A stretch of DNA of 64,000 bases from assembly GCA_964252035.1 (NCBI GenBank), contig OZ176201.1. One strand, given 5' to 3'. Below, in pieces: positions 50,248 through 61,094 of this stretch. The number at the start of each line of letters is the position of its first letter. The first letter of the stretch is position 1. The notes under the pieces were generated by a model, which saw only the letters and a list, made by a program, of their open reading frames with translations, made no database searches and was not told the origin of the DNA. The translations under genes were made by a program, and so were the position numbers. This stretch comes from Podarcis erhardii. Its lineage: Eukaryota.

Positions 50248-50312
50248 GCCTGATCCTTTCGCACAGGCCGATCCTGATCCTTTCGCACAGGCCTGATCCT
50301 TTCGCACAAGCC
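50248..50312. repeat. Short tandem repeat, 3 x about 19 bp (TGATCCTTTCGCACAGGCC)
   Basis: Units at 50251-50269, 50275-50293 and 50294-50312, with a 5-bp GATCC insert after the first. Confidence 0.9.
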
Positions 50313-50319
50313 GGTTAAT

Positions 50320-50322
50320 ACT

Positions 50323-50368
<46 letters not shown>

Positions 50369-50800
50369 GCCCTTCATCAAAAGATCTCAGGGTGTTTCAC
50401 ATAATAAAATACAAGAGAAAAACACAAGTAAATAATTACAACAAAACAACAAAACAAAAGTCCCCATCCCACAAAACGTTTAAAAGGCTGTAGAATAGTA
50501 ATCAGCCAAAGACCTGGTTGAAAAGGTATGTTTTCCCCTAGAGCCTAAGTATATATAATGAAAGGCCAGACGAAACTCCCAGGTGAGAGCATTCCACAAA
50601 GTGGAGCCACTGCAGAAAAGGCCCCTTCTTGTGTTGCCACCTTGGGAGTTCAGGTGGAGGAGGCGCAGGAAAAAGGGCCTCGGGTGCTGATTGCAGAGTC
50701 GAGGATGGTTTCTATGGGGAGGGGGAGCCCTTGAGGTGCTGCGCAGGTCCTGAGCGGTTTAAAGCTTTATAGGTCAAAACCAGCACTATAGATTGGGGAA
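50320..50800 (-). mobile_element. Diverged L2-clade LINE 3' fragment with (ATT)n tail
   Basis: Minus strand VLVLTYKALNRSGP..HLKG matches the L2 motif at 4618; long (TAT)n at 50324-50367. Confidence 0.7.
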
Positions 50801-50832
50801 GCAGTCCTAAAGATTCAGAACCTCCGTCACTA

Positions 50833-50960
50833 NNNNNNNNNNNNNNNNNNNNNNNNNNNNNNNNNNNNNNNNNNNNNNNNNNNNNNNNNNNNNNNNNNNN
50901 NNNNNNNNNNNNNNNNNNNNNNNNNNNNNNNNNNNNNNNNNNNNNNNNNNNNNNNNNNNN
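50833..50960. other. Assembly gap (128 N)
   Basis: Run of N characters. Confidence 1.
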
Positions 50961-52154
50961 TACAAAAAATGGCAGGGCAGCAGTGGATTTTTCTGAATTG
51001 TCCAGGGGATAAGTAACTTGCAATGTAGCTGTTGAAAAGTTTTCATTGAAAAACAACAACAAAATCTGTGGAGTCCAGTTTAATAGCCTGGGTTCTTTGT
51101 GATTATGAATATTCGAGGGGATCTCCTTGATCTCAGATGCGCAGATCTTTCTTATCCCTGGAAGGCCATCGACTGATGTTCAGAGATCCTGGTCTGCTGC
51201 CCCTTGGCAATATTGTCGGTCTCTTGAGAGGTGTCCTTTGCTACCCAGCCACGACTAAGTCATACTCCTTCCCTCAATTCTAAACAAAATAAAATCAAGA
51301 TATCCAGGCTGTTGTTGTCGTTTTTCATTCTCTGATACCTTTCCTGTGCTTTCAATCCAGTTTTTAAATTCGAGCTTTAAATTCAGGAGCGACCTAGGTC
51401 CAGTTTACCAGGCTTTGTTCCATGTGGGAAAGTGGCAGAGTACCCGTAGAAAAGTCAGGGAGAATAAACCGGGACCTTGTTTCCTTCGAAGTAAGGCCTA
51501 TCGAGGTCAAGCAGGCCTGCCTAGGCTTGCAGCCTGCGACTTTTAATCCCAAAGCGCAAAAGCCACCGGCTATTTTCAGGTTTGCTAACTTGACAAACAA
51601 ACACAGGATAAATCCCTAGAATTAGTGGCCACAGAGTTCTGTAATGCTTTTGGAGTTGCAGGAAACACACCCTACGGGAAAAAGGAAACCCCTCTTCCAA
51701 GGAAAACATGTCCCATTGGCCATCCTGGTGCGAAGGATGGATTTTCGTTTAAACAGATCCCAACAGCCAGATCTCTCAAGGCTTTGGGCTTAAAACCTGT
51801 GGAACTGTGAGAGGCTGTGAAGCAAGCAAGTTCCATTAGAAAGTCTTTCCACGAGTCCGCCCTGCAGTCCTAGCTAGACACACGAGCTTGGTGGAAATAC
51901 ACATTGCACTCAGAGTGGGGCCTGCGTGAATCTGCATCTGACCGTTCAGGCGACTCTGCAGACAGGTGACACTTCTCTCCGTCCGATTGTATTGGCTCTC
52001 CTCTCACTAATCTCTCTCCCCATGGGACATATACAAGCCACCGAAATACTTCATTTCAAGAAATGGGTTAGGGTAGAGAGTGTTAAACAACTCAGAATCA
52101 AACGTTTAGGTTCAATGAGACTGGGAGATGAGAACAAGCTAAATAGGAGTAGCG

Positions 52155-52155
<1 letters not shown>

Positions 52156-52216
<61 letters not shown>
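52156..52216. repeat. (AAAG)n microsatellite
   Basis: About 15 perfect tetramer units. Confidence 0.95.
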
Positions 52217-53205
52217 CTGCTTAGAGCTGAAAAAGGGATTCACGTGTCCGTCTGAAGCCATCTGCAGCCAGCGTGCCCAGTTCTGTAAACCAGGTCACCG
52301 TGCCCTAACCCCAAGCCTGCCTCTATTCTTCCCGGGTAAAAACGTTGCATTTATTCGGTGTAATTATCTGTAGCCCTTCGGCCGATCGGCCCTTGCGCTT
52401 CATTGTTCCTTGTTTACATACATTGTTTCCTGATTTTCATCAATTCTCATTTACCTGTCATTAAGGGGAGGAGAATCCGGGGGTACCGAGCACAAGAGCA
52501 AAGGTAGGCGTTTTAACAAGTTGACCAGACAATGAGTTGTTTTCCGTCTCTCTCTCTCTCTCCGCACCCCTTCACTTTCTGCACATTTTGCAACTTGACA
52601 GACTAAATGTGGACCTGAATACAGCAGGAAGAAGAACACAGTATGCAGCATCTTCCCAAATAATTAAAGTTCTGCCGTTTACATGGACGAATCCAAATCA
52701 TGGTGCCTTTGCGGGTCCCATTACCCACTTATCCTAAAATAGGCTTCAAGTCAAAGGCATTTGAGAGATTGGGTGTGCGTGCAGGAGAGAGATGCAGAGC
52801 TGGATGCATGTACTTATTTGAGGGGCACTAAAAATAAATAAAAAGTAAACAACTCACAAACGTGCAAACTCCAAAATGGGAGGAAAAGAGAATTCAAAAG
52901 TCGCTGACCTAGGCTTGCAAACGCGAAAATAAATTCCACTCGAACTAAATATAAAGGGCAGGTGTGTAGAGGTTCCGAATTCCAGGTTGCATATGAGGGG
53001 AGGTTTCTATTGACGTGCACGTTTACTTCGAATTAAGTACCACTGTGTTCAGTGAGATGCGCGCCAGAATAAGAGCACGCAGGATTACATTTCACGCGTT
53101 TCTTCTTGACCCTGGAAGTCGATGTGCCTTTGCGTATACGGCCCTTCAAGAATCCGAAAGGGGTAGCCCAGAACCTTGCAAATCAATGGCTACAACATTA
53201 CCGTG

Positions 53206-53295
53206 CATAGCTGTCAACTTTTCCCTTTTCTTGCGAGGAATCCTATTCGGAAAAAGGGAATTTCCCTTTAAAAAAGGGAAACGCTGACAGCTGTG
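53206..53295. mobile_element. hAT micro-MITE, 90 bp (same family as 41876-41953)
   Basis: Same TIRs; TSD TTACCGTG (53198-53205) / TTATCATG (53296-53303), 6/8; carries a 12-bp internal segment absent from the other copy. Confidence 0.88.
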
Positions 53296-55589
53296 TTATC
53301 ATGGTCTCACTGGAAAGCGGGCTGCACCCCAAACAATGTTCCTTTCGCCTTTAGAAGCGACTCTGCGGTGGGAATAGAGTGGAGGTGGCAGGGATAGATT
53401 AGGTTTTCAAAGCAGAGCGACTGTCTCTCGTACCCCCAGCAGATGCACGTACACAATCACTTAAAAGCTTCCGGCAGTCCTCGACGGGAGAGCCCCTTTC
53501 ATGAAGGCGGAAGCAGTAATCCTTGGTACCTGGCTGAAGGTACCTAACTATCGTTTTTAAGAAGAAATATTAGCGATCACGCCGGGAAAATAATGAGAGC
53601 TAAAAGCAGATTTTAGAGATGATGTACAGCGTCCGCCTGTCCCAATGGAAGTGACGGACTGATGGACACAAAGTGGTGGGGTAGGCAAGAAAAGCTGCTC
53701 CGTCCCCGTCCCCCCATCCTTCAGTTCACCCTGCACTTCCAAGCACGGAAAGAGCAACAACATTTAAGAACAATTAGAATAAACTTTTCCTAGCATCAGC
53801 GATGCAGAAACAAACGACAGGGGTTTTTTGATGTTAAGCCTATCAAGGGTTAATAGTTGTGTATTTTTCACGGTTTCTCCTCCCTGGAGGACTTCAGCCT
53901 TACATTTGTTTTACGCACACGCACCCCCCCCCGCCGCCGCCTAAACAAACCACGCGGAACTCGAAAAGGAATGTTATTGCAAGTAAATGGGATTTATTGT
54001 CGTTGTAAATATTGCAGAAGATGAGCGAGGAGAATTAGAGAATAGATTTTCCTCTATCAGATTCCTCCTCAACGCTACCTGGGACTCTCGATCGCCCGAG
54101 CAGCCGAGCTGTAATCCTGCCTGTCTGACACTTCTGTTCCCCCACACACACCCCTCCACGTTTTAATAACCAACAATAGTTACCAACGGATAATTAAGCT
54201 GCTATCATTACGACATTAAATTAATTACGAAGCAAAAAAAAATGATTTGCTTTTCTCAGGCTGGCAATTGAAATGTCACTTTAAAATTAACACACCTCGT
54301 TGGCTTAAATGGGATGAAGTCGAAAAGTGGGACGAGGACGTACGCGGGCATCCTGGAGGCTGTTTGATGCGCTGGCCGATGAAGGAGTGCAGAGTCAGGC
54401 TCCCGGCTTATTAAAGATGCATCTGTTTGTCATCAAGGGTTAGGCGCCTGCAATTTACATTACTAACTTAATCATTGGCGGCGGGGGGAGGACTTATCGG
54501 TCCCTCTCCAATGCATTTAATTTGTTCTCTTATAATAGACTACTTACAGCTGCAGGGAGAGGTTAGTAAGCAGTAAAGGAGTTCTCCCTTACTGCTAATA
54601 CGATCCATCCAAAGGACTGTCTAGAGATGTTGTGCAGAGGAGTTTATTGGAGCGGATTAAATCCCCAATGGTCTGCCTTTTGATGCTCCTGTCCCACCCC
54701 TTCCCCTCCGGTTCACTCAGCTGGTCTGGACTATCCGTTTACCTCGTTCAAAGCACTGGTCGTAGAGTTCTGAAAGGCCCTGTCTGGAAAATAATGCTGG
54801 GTCTCCAACTCCCAGGAATAAAAAGTCATCTGTCCCGTTCTGAATTTGGAAGCGCACTTTTCTTGCGCCCGTGTTTATCCTCCAACATGATTTGCTATGT
54901 TCTGGAGGGGCGCTTGGAAAGGAGGCCGCTTCCCTTACCGATAAAGGCGCGCGCAGAACCTTGACCACTACGTCCATTTCACCCACCCAGCCGCCCTTCT
55001 GTAACTTGGAAGTGAAACGTGCCATCGCTTCGCTGCCACCCTTTCTGGGGTCCCCAGAAGACACCCCCTGCCCCCCGATGCCCCTTCTTGGGAGGAAGAT
55101 CTTATTGATGGGGATGATGGGCCCCCTTAGGCTACCATGGGCTGTGGGCGATCGCTGCCTGAACGCGCCACGCTGGCGCCCCTAGAACAGGCAAGATGGC
55201 CTGCGGGGGGCATTCATTGGTATTTTATTTCGGGAGAATCTGAGTATTATATAAGAAGTCGATGACCTTCGCAGGGCCTCGGTGCGCGCTTGAGCTTTGG
55301 GTTGCCAGGGCTCACCGGCCAGAACTCTTGCTGGCCGGCGGATTTCGCTTTCGGGAAGGCAGGAGTGCGAGCGAGCGAGCAGGATGGGGGTGGGATCTGC
55401 CCTCTCCCAGCTTCCTCTTCGTATCATCGGCCCTAATTACTCCGCTGACTTTCCTGTTTTGGCAAAGTTACAGCGCTGGAAAGCTCCCTAATCACACAGC
55501 TCCGCTCGCTGCCCGTGTCATTAACTTCTAATTTATTTAAAAGGAAGGCAGAGTGCGGGGGAGGGAAGGGGGCAAAAAAAACCTCCTCC

Positions 55590-55700
55590 GCTCCGACCCG
55601 TCCGGAGCCAATGGCGTGAGTCAGCGCGTGACGTCACCGCCGGGAGGCGCCTCCCATTGGCCGAGCCGCGCTTACTCAACTTCCCAGAGGAGGAAACGGC
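55590..55700 (+). promoter_or_regulatory. MSX2 core/proximal promoter
   Basis: CCAAT 55608-55612, AP-1 TGAGTCA 55617-55623, CRE TGACGTCA 55629-55636, palindrome GGGAGGCGCCTCCC 55642-55655, reverse CCAAT (ATTGG) 55656-55660; no ATG between 55680 and the start codon. The TSS itself cannot be fixed from sequence. Confidence 0.7.
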
Positions 55701-55850
55701 CAGAAGTCTCCCAAAAAAGGGGAGGAAAAAAAAGTTGCTCGGCTGATTCGGGGCTGCGGCGAGCCGAGCTAGTGCGTCCGGGAGCGAGCGCGAGAGATCG
55801 AGGGGTCGGGAGACCGAGGAGCAGCAGCAGCCGCCGAAGGGGACGCCGGG

Positions 55851-55877
55851 CAGCAGCAGCAGCAGCAGCAGCAGCAG
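55851..55877 (+). repeat. (CAG)9 in the putative MSX2 5' UTR
   Basis: Nine perfect CAG units ending 36 nt before the ATG; a further (CAG)3 at 55822-55830. Confidence 0.95.
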
Positions 55878-55913
55878 CTCTCGAGGCGGGGATCGTCGCG
55901 AAGCTGCGCCGCG

Positions 55914-56268
55914 ATGTCTTCTCCGTCGAAAGCGAAGGAGGTGTTCTCGTCCGACGAGGAGGGCCCCGCCGCCGCCGGGCCCGAGGAGCGGCGCCCCGTC
56001 AAGGTGTCCAGCTTGCCTTTCAGCGTCGAGGCGCTCATGTCCGACAAGAAGCCCCCTCGCGAGACGGGCGGCGGCGGCGGCGGCGGCGGCCTCGACGGGG
56101 CGGGCTTGGGCACTTCCAGGAACCTGCTCTTGCCGGGTCACGGCGCCAGGGAAGCGGCCAGCCCCGGGGGGCTTACAAAAACCTTCGAGACGTCGTCGGT
56201 TAAATCCGAGAACTCCGAGGACGGCTCGTCGTGGATCCCGGAGGCCGGCAGATACTCCCCTCCCCCAA
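55914..56268 (+). CDS. MSX2: MSX2 coding exon 1 (118 codons plus 1 nt, phase-1 intron follows)
   Basis: ATG at 55914 with G at -3. Translates [18 protein letters not shown]...[20 protein letters not shown] (eh1 motif FSVEALM)...[24 protein letters not shown], matching the bird/mammal MSX2 N-terminus as I recall it. Donor CCAA|GTGAGT at 56268/56269. The ORF-track extension to 56414 is intron read-through. Confidence 0.97.
56067..56090 (+). repeat. (GGC)8 encoding poly-Gly in MSX2 exon 1
   Basis: Eight perfect in-frame GGC codons (RET-G8-LDG). Confidence 0.95.
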
Positions 56269-57449
56269 GTGAGTCTTCTGGTCTCCCTCGCCAGGGAAGT
56301 CGGGGTCGGGAGGGTTGCGAGGGAAAACATCCCTCGGGGGGGTGTGGGATGGAGGGGGGTGTGGGGAGAGGGGAGGAAATAGTTAGCAGGACTCTTTCTC
56401 CGGCCGTCGAGTGACCAGCAGCTTCGCCGCAGTCTGAGCTCCCGCCAGAGCCGAACTTTTGGGGCAGCAGCAGCAGGAGGGGAGCGAGGCGCTGCGCCGG
56501 ATCCCTCAACATAGGGAAGGCACTTTTGCAGGGCGAAGCAGAAAGCCCGATTCCAGTGAACAAGGAGGGAGCCCTTTCAACCCCATAGCCAGCTTTTGCA
56601 GCCAAGCCTTCATTTGGTTTGCATGTACAGTAAGGAACAGAAGAATGACCAAAGAATTCCGCGCGCTCCCGCCGCGATCTTCCCCGCTTCCTTAGGCTGG
56701 ACCCGCCCGGAACTGTCCAAAAAAACCTCCGGCGGCCGAGACGCATCGAGAGCCGGCTGTTCCAGCGCCAGCGACCCTCTCCTCGCCGCATTAGTCATGC
56801 CTCCTTCCAGCTGCCGTTGGCAAGAGGGAGATGGTCTTGCGCTACCGCGTCTAGGCTGTTTCCCCCCATCCCCCAGGATGATGGATCGCAGTCGAATCTC
56901 TCCTTTCTGTCGCGACGCCTTTTCAGTGACTCTCGCCTAGTTCAGTCATTTTAATTTTTGCAGTAGTTCAACCCCCCCCCCCGCTGTCTTCTCGGTAGGC
57001 AAAAACCTGGCAAGGCGGGGAATCGACGGTGGTTTCTTCTAATCTCCCTCGGTTGCCTTTCCTGGTGCACCTGCAACAGCCGGAGCAGGCAGCCTCCGGC
57101 TCCTCCGCGCACCTCGGGCTTTCTCTCTTTACGCTTAACTGCGCGCCTCTCTCAATGGGGCCCATGTAGGGCCTCCAAACTTAGCCCAGGGACAGAATAA
57201 ATGGGGAAGATAGAAGCGGGAAAGATCAACCTTCTTGTTTCTTCCTCACAAGTCAATGGAACTGCCAGCTCCATTGAACCTGGACGGCAGTTTCCAGGCT
57301 GTGAGGAAATGCGCTCCGTGACAGCATCGCCCATCTCTTTGGCTTTCAAAGGTCTCTTCGCTTAAGGAGGTTTCTGCAAACCACATTGTTTTGGAGCACT
57401 AGTTTCCTGGGACAGGTTTCTGGACAGTTTCCCAATGTTCTAAAACCTG

Positions 57450-57790
57450 TTTTATTATTATTAATATTTTATTTATAATTTTCACCATTAAAACAGTTAA
57501 TAATAACCCAAATACCAATTACACATTTAGTTTTGACTTTCCCCCATCCTTTCCATGGCTCACTTATTTTCTTTTCCATTACATATTCTAATTAATCCCT
57601 ATATTTTCATTTTCTCAGTTTTATAGCTCAATAATGGTTACTGCTGAATTTACTCTGCTACTGTTACCTTTTTAATATGCTTACAGTGATTTTCCAAATA
57701 CAGTCAACAAAACATTTCCAATCTCCCTTAAATATTTTTTCATCTTGATTTCTTATTCTGTTTGTCAGTCTTGCCGCAAACATTCTGAAA
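57450..57790 (-). mobile_element. L1-clade LINE 3' end in the MSX2 intron
   Basis: Frameshifted minus-strand peptide ARLT..IRNQDEK.FKGDWKCFVD resembles lizard L1 ORF2 C-termini as I recall them; A-rich tail (T-rich on +) near 57450. Confidence 0.5.
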
Positions 57791-60700
57791 TCTGTTTGGA
57801 GTCTGAAAAGTGTGGCTTCCTTCCTCGCCCCCAACCATGGCTTTGCTTAATGCCTTTGATCCATCTTTATTTCATTTTCTACGATTTTCTCTTTACGCTC
57901 ATAACAGAGTTCTTGATACAGTTGTGCAAGTGCATGCACACATCTGTCCTTATCGCAACCCACCTCTGCTTCATCTCATTCTTTGGATATTGGGGTGGTG
58001 GTGTTGATAATGGAAGGTACTGTGTTTCTTTTAATGCTAAAGGGGTAACTGTGGTGATAGTAACACCTATGTTTCCCCCCAGAAGCTGTTCCTCTCTCGG
58101 AAAACATTTTGTATGCAGCAGAAAAATAGTAAATTGATACTCTGGTTGCAAGTCTGCTTATTTGGAAATAAATTCCACTAACAGAAATACGAACAAAGAA
58201 CCTGATGGAACCTTAAATGTCTGTTGTGGCATTTGCTTTCATAGGCCAGAGTTCATTTCATCCACCACAAAGTGGGATCTCTCCCACGAAAAACTTGTAC
58301 CAGAACAAATGTGTTGAATACTTCCACCTCACACTTTCTTTTAATGCAGATTAATTCCAGCTAAGCTGAACCGGAGTACAAGTTGCTATATTTCCCCCCC
58401 CCCCCCAGATGGTGGGAAATGGGTGGCAAGGAAGAGTTGTTCTCATCATCTCTGTTTCTATACCGATTTTTCTCCGTTTGCATTTGGTAAAGTTCCCCCC
58501 AAAGGCAATCAAGGCCTAGCTTTTTCTTTTCTGCGTTCCCTTGCTTTGTTGCCTCATCCTACACACCTTTGCTCAGTCATTCTCACTGAGTTAAGTGAGA
58601 CTTAACTCCCAAGTAAACTGGCATAGGATTACACACTGACCACGGCCACCCCAAGGCCAGAAAATTGCTGTTTATTCTAAATCTGAATAGCATCATTATT
58701 GATATTATTGATAGTGCAAGCCTAACCGTGTCCACTCTGAATTCAGCAGGACTTGCTATTATGGAGTTTATCCCCAGTTAAGTAGCATTAGGATTGCAGC
58801 CACAGACTTCTTACCAGTTTCCCTAAGCAATCAGAAACTGTTTGTAATTCTAAAAATGAATAGCTGGCAAAGGGTTTTGTGAGTGTGGGTTTGTTTTATC
58901 AAAACGAAGCATATTTAAGTATCCACTGGAATTTCAGTGTATTTGTTTATAGCTTTCCACAGAATTATTTCATTTCTGTGGTGCTTTTGCCTGCCTTTGG
59001 GTTTCAGGACATGAAGCCAACTTGGGTTAAAAGAACACTCTTCAAAAGAATCCAACTCCCATCTTAAGACAACTTCATTTAAAAGTTATAGTTCATCTGA
59101 TTTCAATGCAAATTTCAATGGAATGCGTTTCTGACTGAAGAAAAGTTAAGGGAGTGAAAAAAATCCCGGAGGAGCTTTCTGAATAGTGGAACTGCCATTC
59201 TTTAGCATCTATAAAAAAAATTACTAAATTGCTTTAGACAGTGTCTCAGGTCTGGTTGACTCCAAAACTTGTTTATTTTCCGCATAAAAAATAGGAGTTA
59301 TCTAGTGAGAGTATAGCTTTCCTGGATAATAACATAAAATGAAAGTCACTTCAAGAAAATAGTAAAAGGAGAGGAAATAGGAATGGCGGGTTTTAAAAAA
59401 TGCACAAATAAGATATGATATATTCCTGCATAAATGTATAGGAGTATGCTGATAGTAAAGTTAACATTGTAGATTCTCAATATCTTTGAAACTGTTGCAC
59501 CACATGACAAGGAGGAGTGGGGAAATTCATCAGAAATAAAGAGGAAATGGATTAAAGTTTTCTAGGTGTACAGACAGTATGCATAGTTAGGAGATCTTTT
59601 TTGATTATAATTACATAGATTTTAGTATAGGCATCTCCCCCTTGATGCAGCAGCTGTAATACTGTACTGTATTTTGAAAGTTCCTGTTAAAGGCAAAAGT
59701 TAAGAGCACCCATTATCTGGAAAAGTATTTTTCCAAATATTATCAGATTGAAAAGCTGCGCTTTCCCTGCTACCACTTAAAACAAATGGCATTTAATCTG
59801 CCCTTCTTCGCATCTAGATCCAAGGATACAAGCCTAACAGAACCTCCTTTATTAAAGCTGCAATCCTATGCACACTAATTTGGGGGTACACTTCCATGAA
59901 ACTCCGTGCTCCTGTATAACTGAATAATTCTCCTGGGAGACACTGAAACTTGTTTTCATGGTGCCTTAAAGAGATTATGCGGTTTGCAAAAAAGCAATTC
60001 CTGAACTTCAGGAGAGCGTATTGTTTTCCTGAGCAATATCTAGATGTGCCTATAGAAATAAGCCTTCTAATTATGATCTTTGTTCAGCTACAAATATGTG
60101 TGACAGTTATTAGCAAATCAACATGTGCTTTAATTAGTGCGGGCTTGGGAAAGACGGAATGCTTCTCTTAATATGTTCCAATAACAACCCACTTGTTGCA
60201 TTATGTAAATGATTAATGTTATTCCTAAATACCATGCTACAAATCACTTATCTTTGGGTATCTGGGTAAAACTTAATTTACAGCACGATCCTAACATAAG
60301 CATGGGATAAAGCTGTGAGTGAAGTTACTCTCTCTACCCATTCTCTGCATGCATGCACACACTTAGGAATCAACCCCATTGATTTAAATGGGGCTTCCTG
60401 ACACATAAATGCATATCCAAGCTCAACTTTACTGTATTTTTCACCCCCCCAAAAAATCACCTCCTTTAAAAAAAACCAAAAAAAGAAAAAATCAGAAGCA
60501 AAACATTATCCCTTCCAAATCCTTACTGTGACAATAGTACCATTTATTCTGAAATGCGCCAGCTATTTAAACAATCTTAGGTTTAATTCTATTCTAGACA
60601 GCGTTTGCCTCTTAAACCAATATTTCCCACAAAACTATTCTGAAATTCTAAAGCCTGCAATCCTAAACAAGCTTATTAAAGAGTAAGTCCCATTGGAAAG

Positions 60701-61032
60701 TGCTTAGTGAACAGACATAGAATTATACTGTAAATTTGCAAGTGGTCTCTTTAAGATTGTGATGTTCATCACAAGTACTTGCAAGTCCCAATAACAGTAT
60801 ATGCTTATTTCATGTCGAATACAGTCTTAGGATCCTGATGATGGCAATTCCTATTTATGCCTTTCCCTTGCTTTTCTCATAGCCTTGCTGAGCCCTGAAA
60901 GTCCTGCTACTGAAATGTAAATTATGCTTTAAAAAGAGTCGGGACTATTACTATGCAAATTACAGGCTTTGGGTTGTAATGGAACAAGATATGAAACAAA
61001 TTCCACTGCCTGTATTAGCTACAGATGTTTGC

Positions 61033-61090
<58 letters not shown>
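61033..61090. repeat. Compound (AT)n(GT)n microsatellite
   Basis: About 8 AT units followed by about 21 GT units. Confidence 0.95.

Positions 61091-61094
<4 letters not shown>

Larger units (their letters stand above)
40050..57360. promoter_or_regulatory. Large CpG-retaining domain; GC-rich island core about 54900-57330
   Basis: Hand counts: 0 CpG in 39181-39480 and 3 in 38221-38520, versus 21 in 44041-44340. The transition is sharp near 40050 and CpGs fade after about 57360. Confidence 0.8.

Noticed and set aside
50248-50312. Repeats that superficially resemble a CRISPR array
   Set aside because: Units are contiguous without unique spacers, there are no cas genes, and the context is a vertebrate genome.
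50712-51062. ORFs spanning the N gap
   Set aside because: Artefacts of unknown bases; the recognisable part is L2-derived.
55533-56330. Long overlapping ORFs around MSX2 exon 1 (265 aa minus, 216 aa plus, 114 aa minus)
   Set aside because: Shadow frames of an extremely GC-rich, stop-poor exon and UTR; Arg/Pro/Ala-rich, with no recognisable domain.
56269-56414. Extension of the MSX2 ORF past the splice donor (SESSGLPRQ...)
   Set aside because: Intron read-through; the canonical GTGAGT donor restores the conserved MSX2 frame with exon 2.
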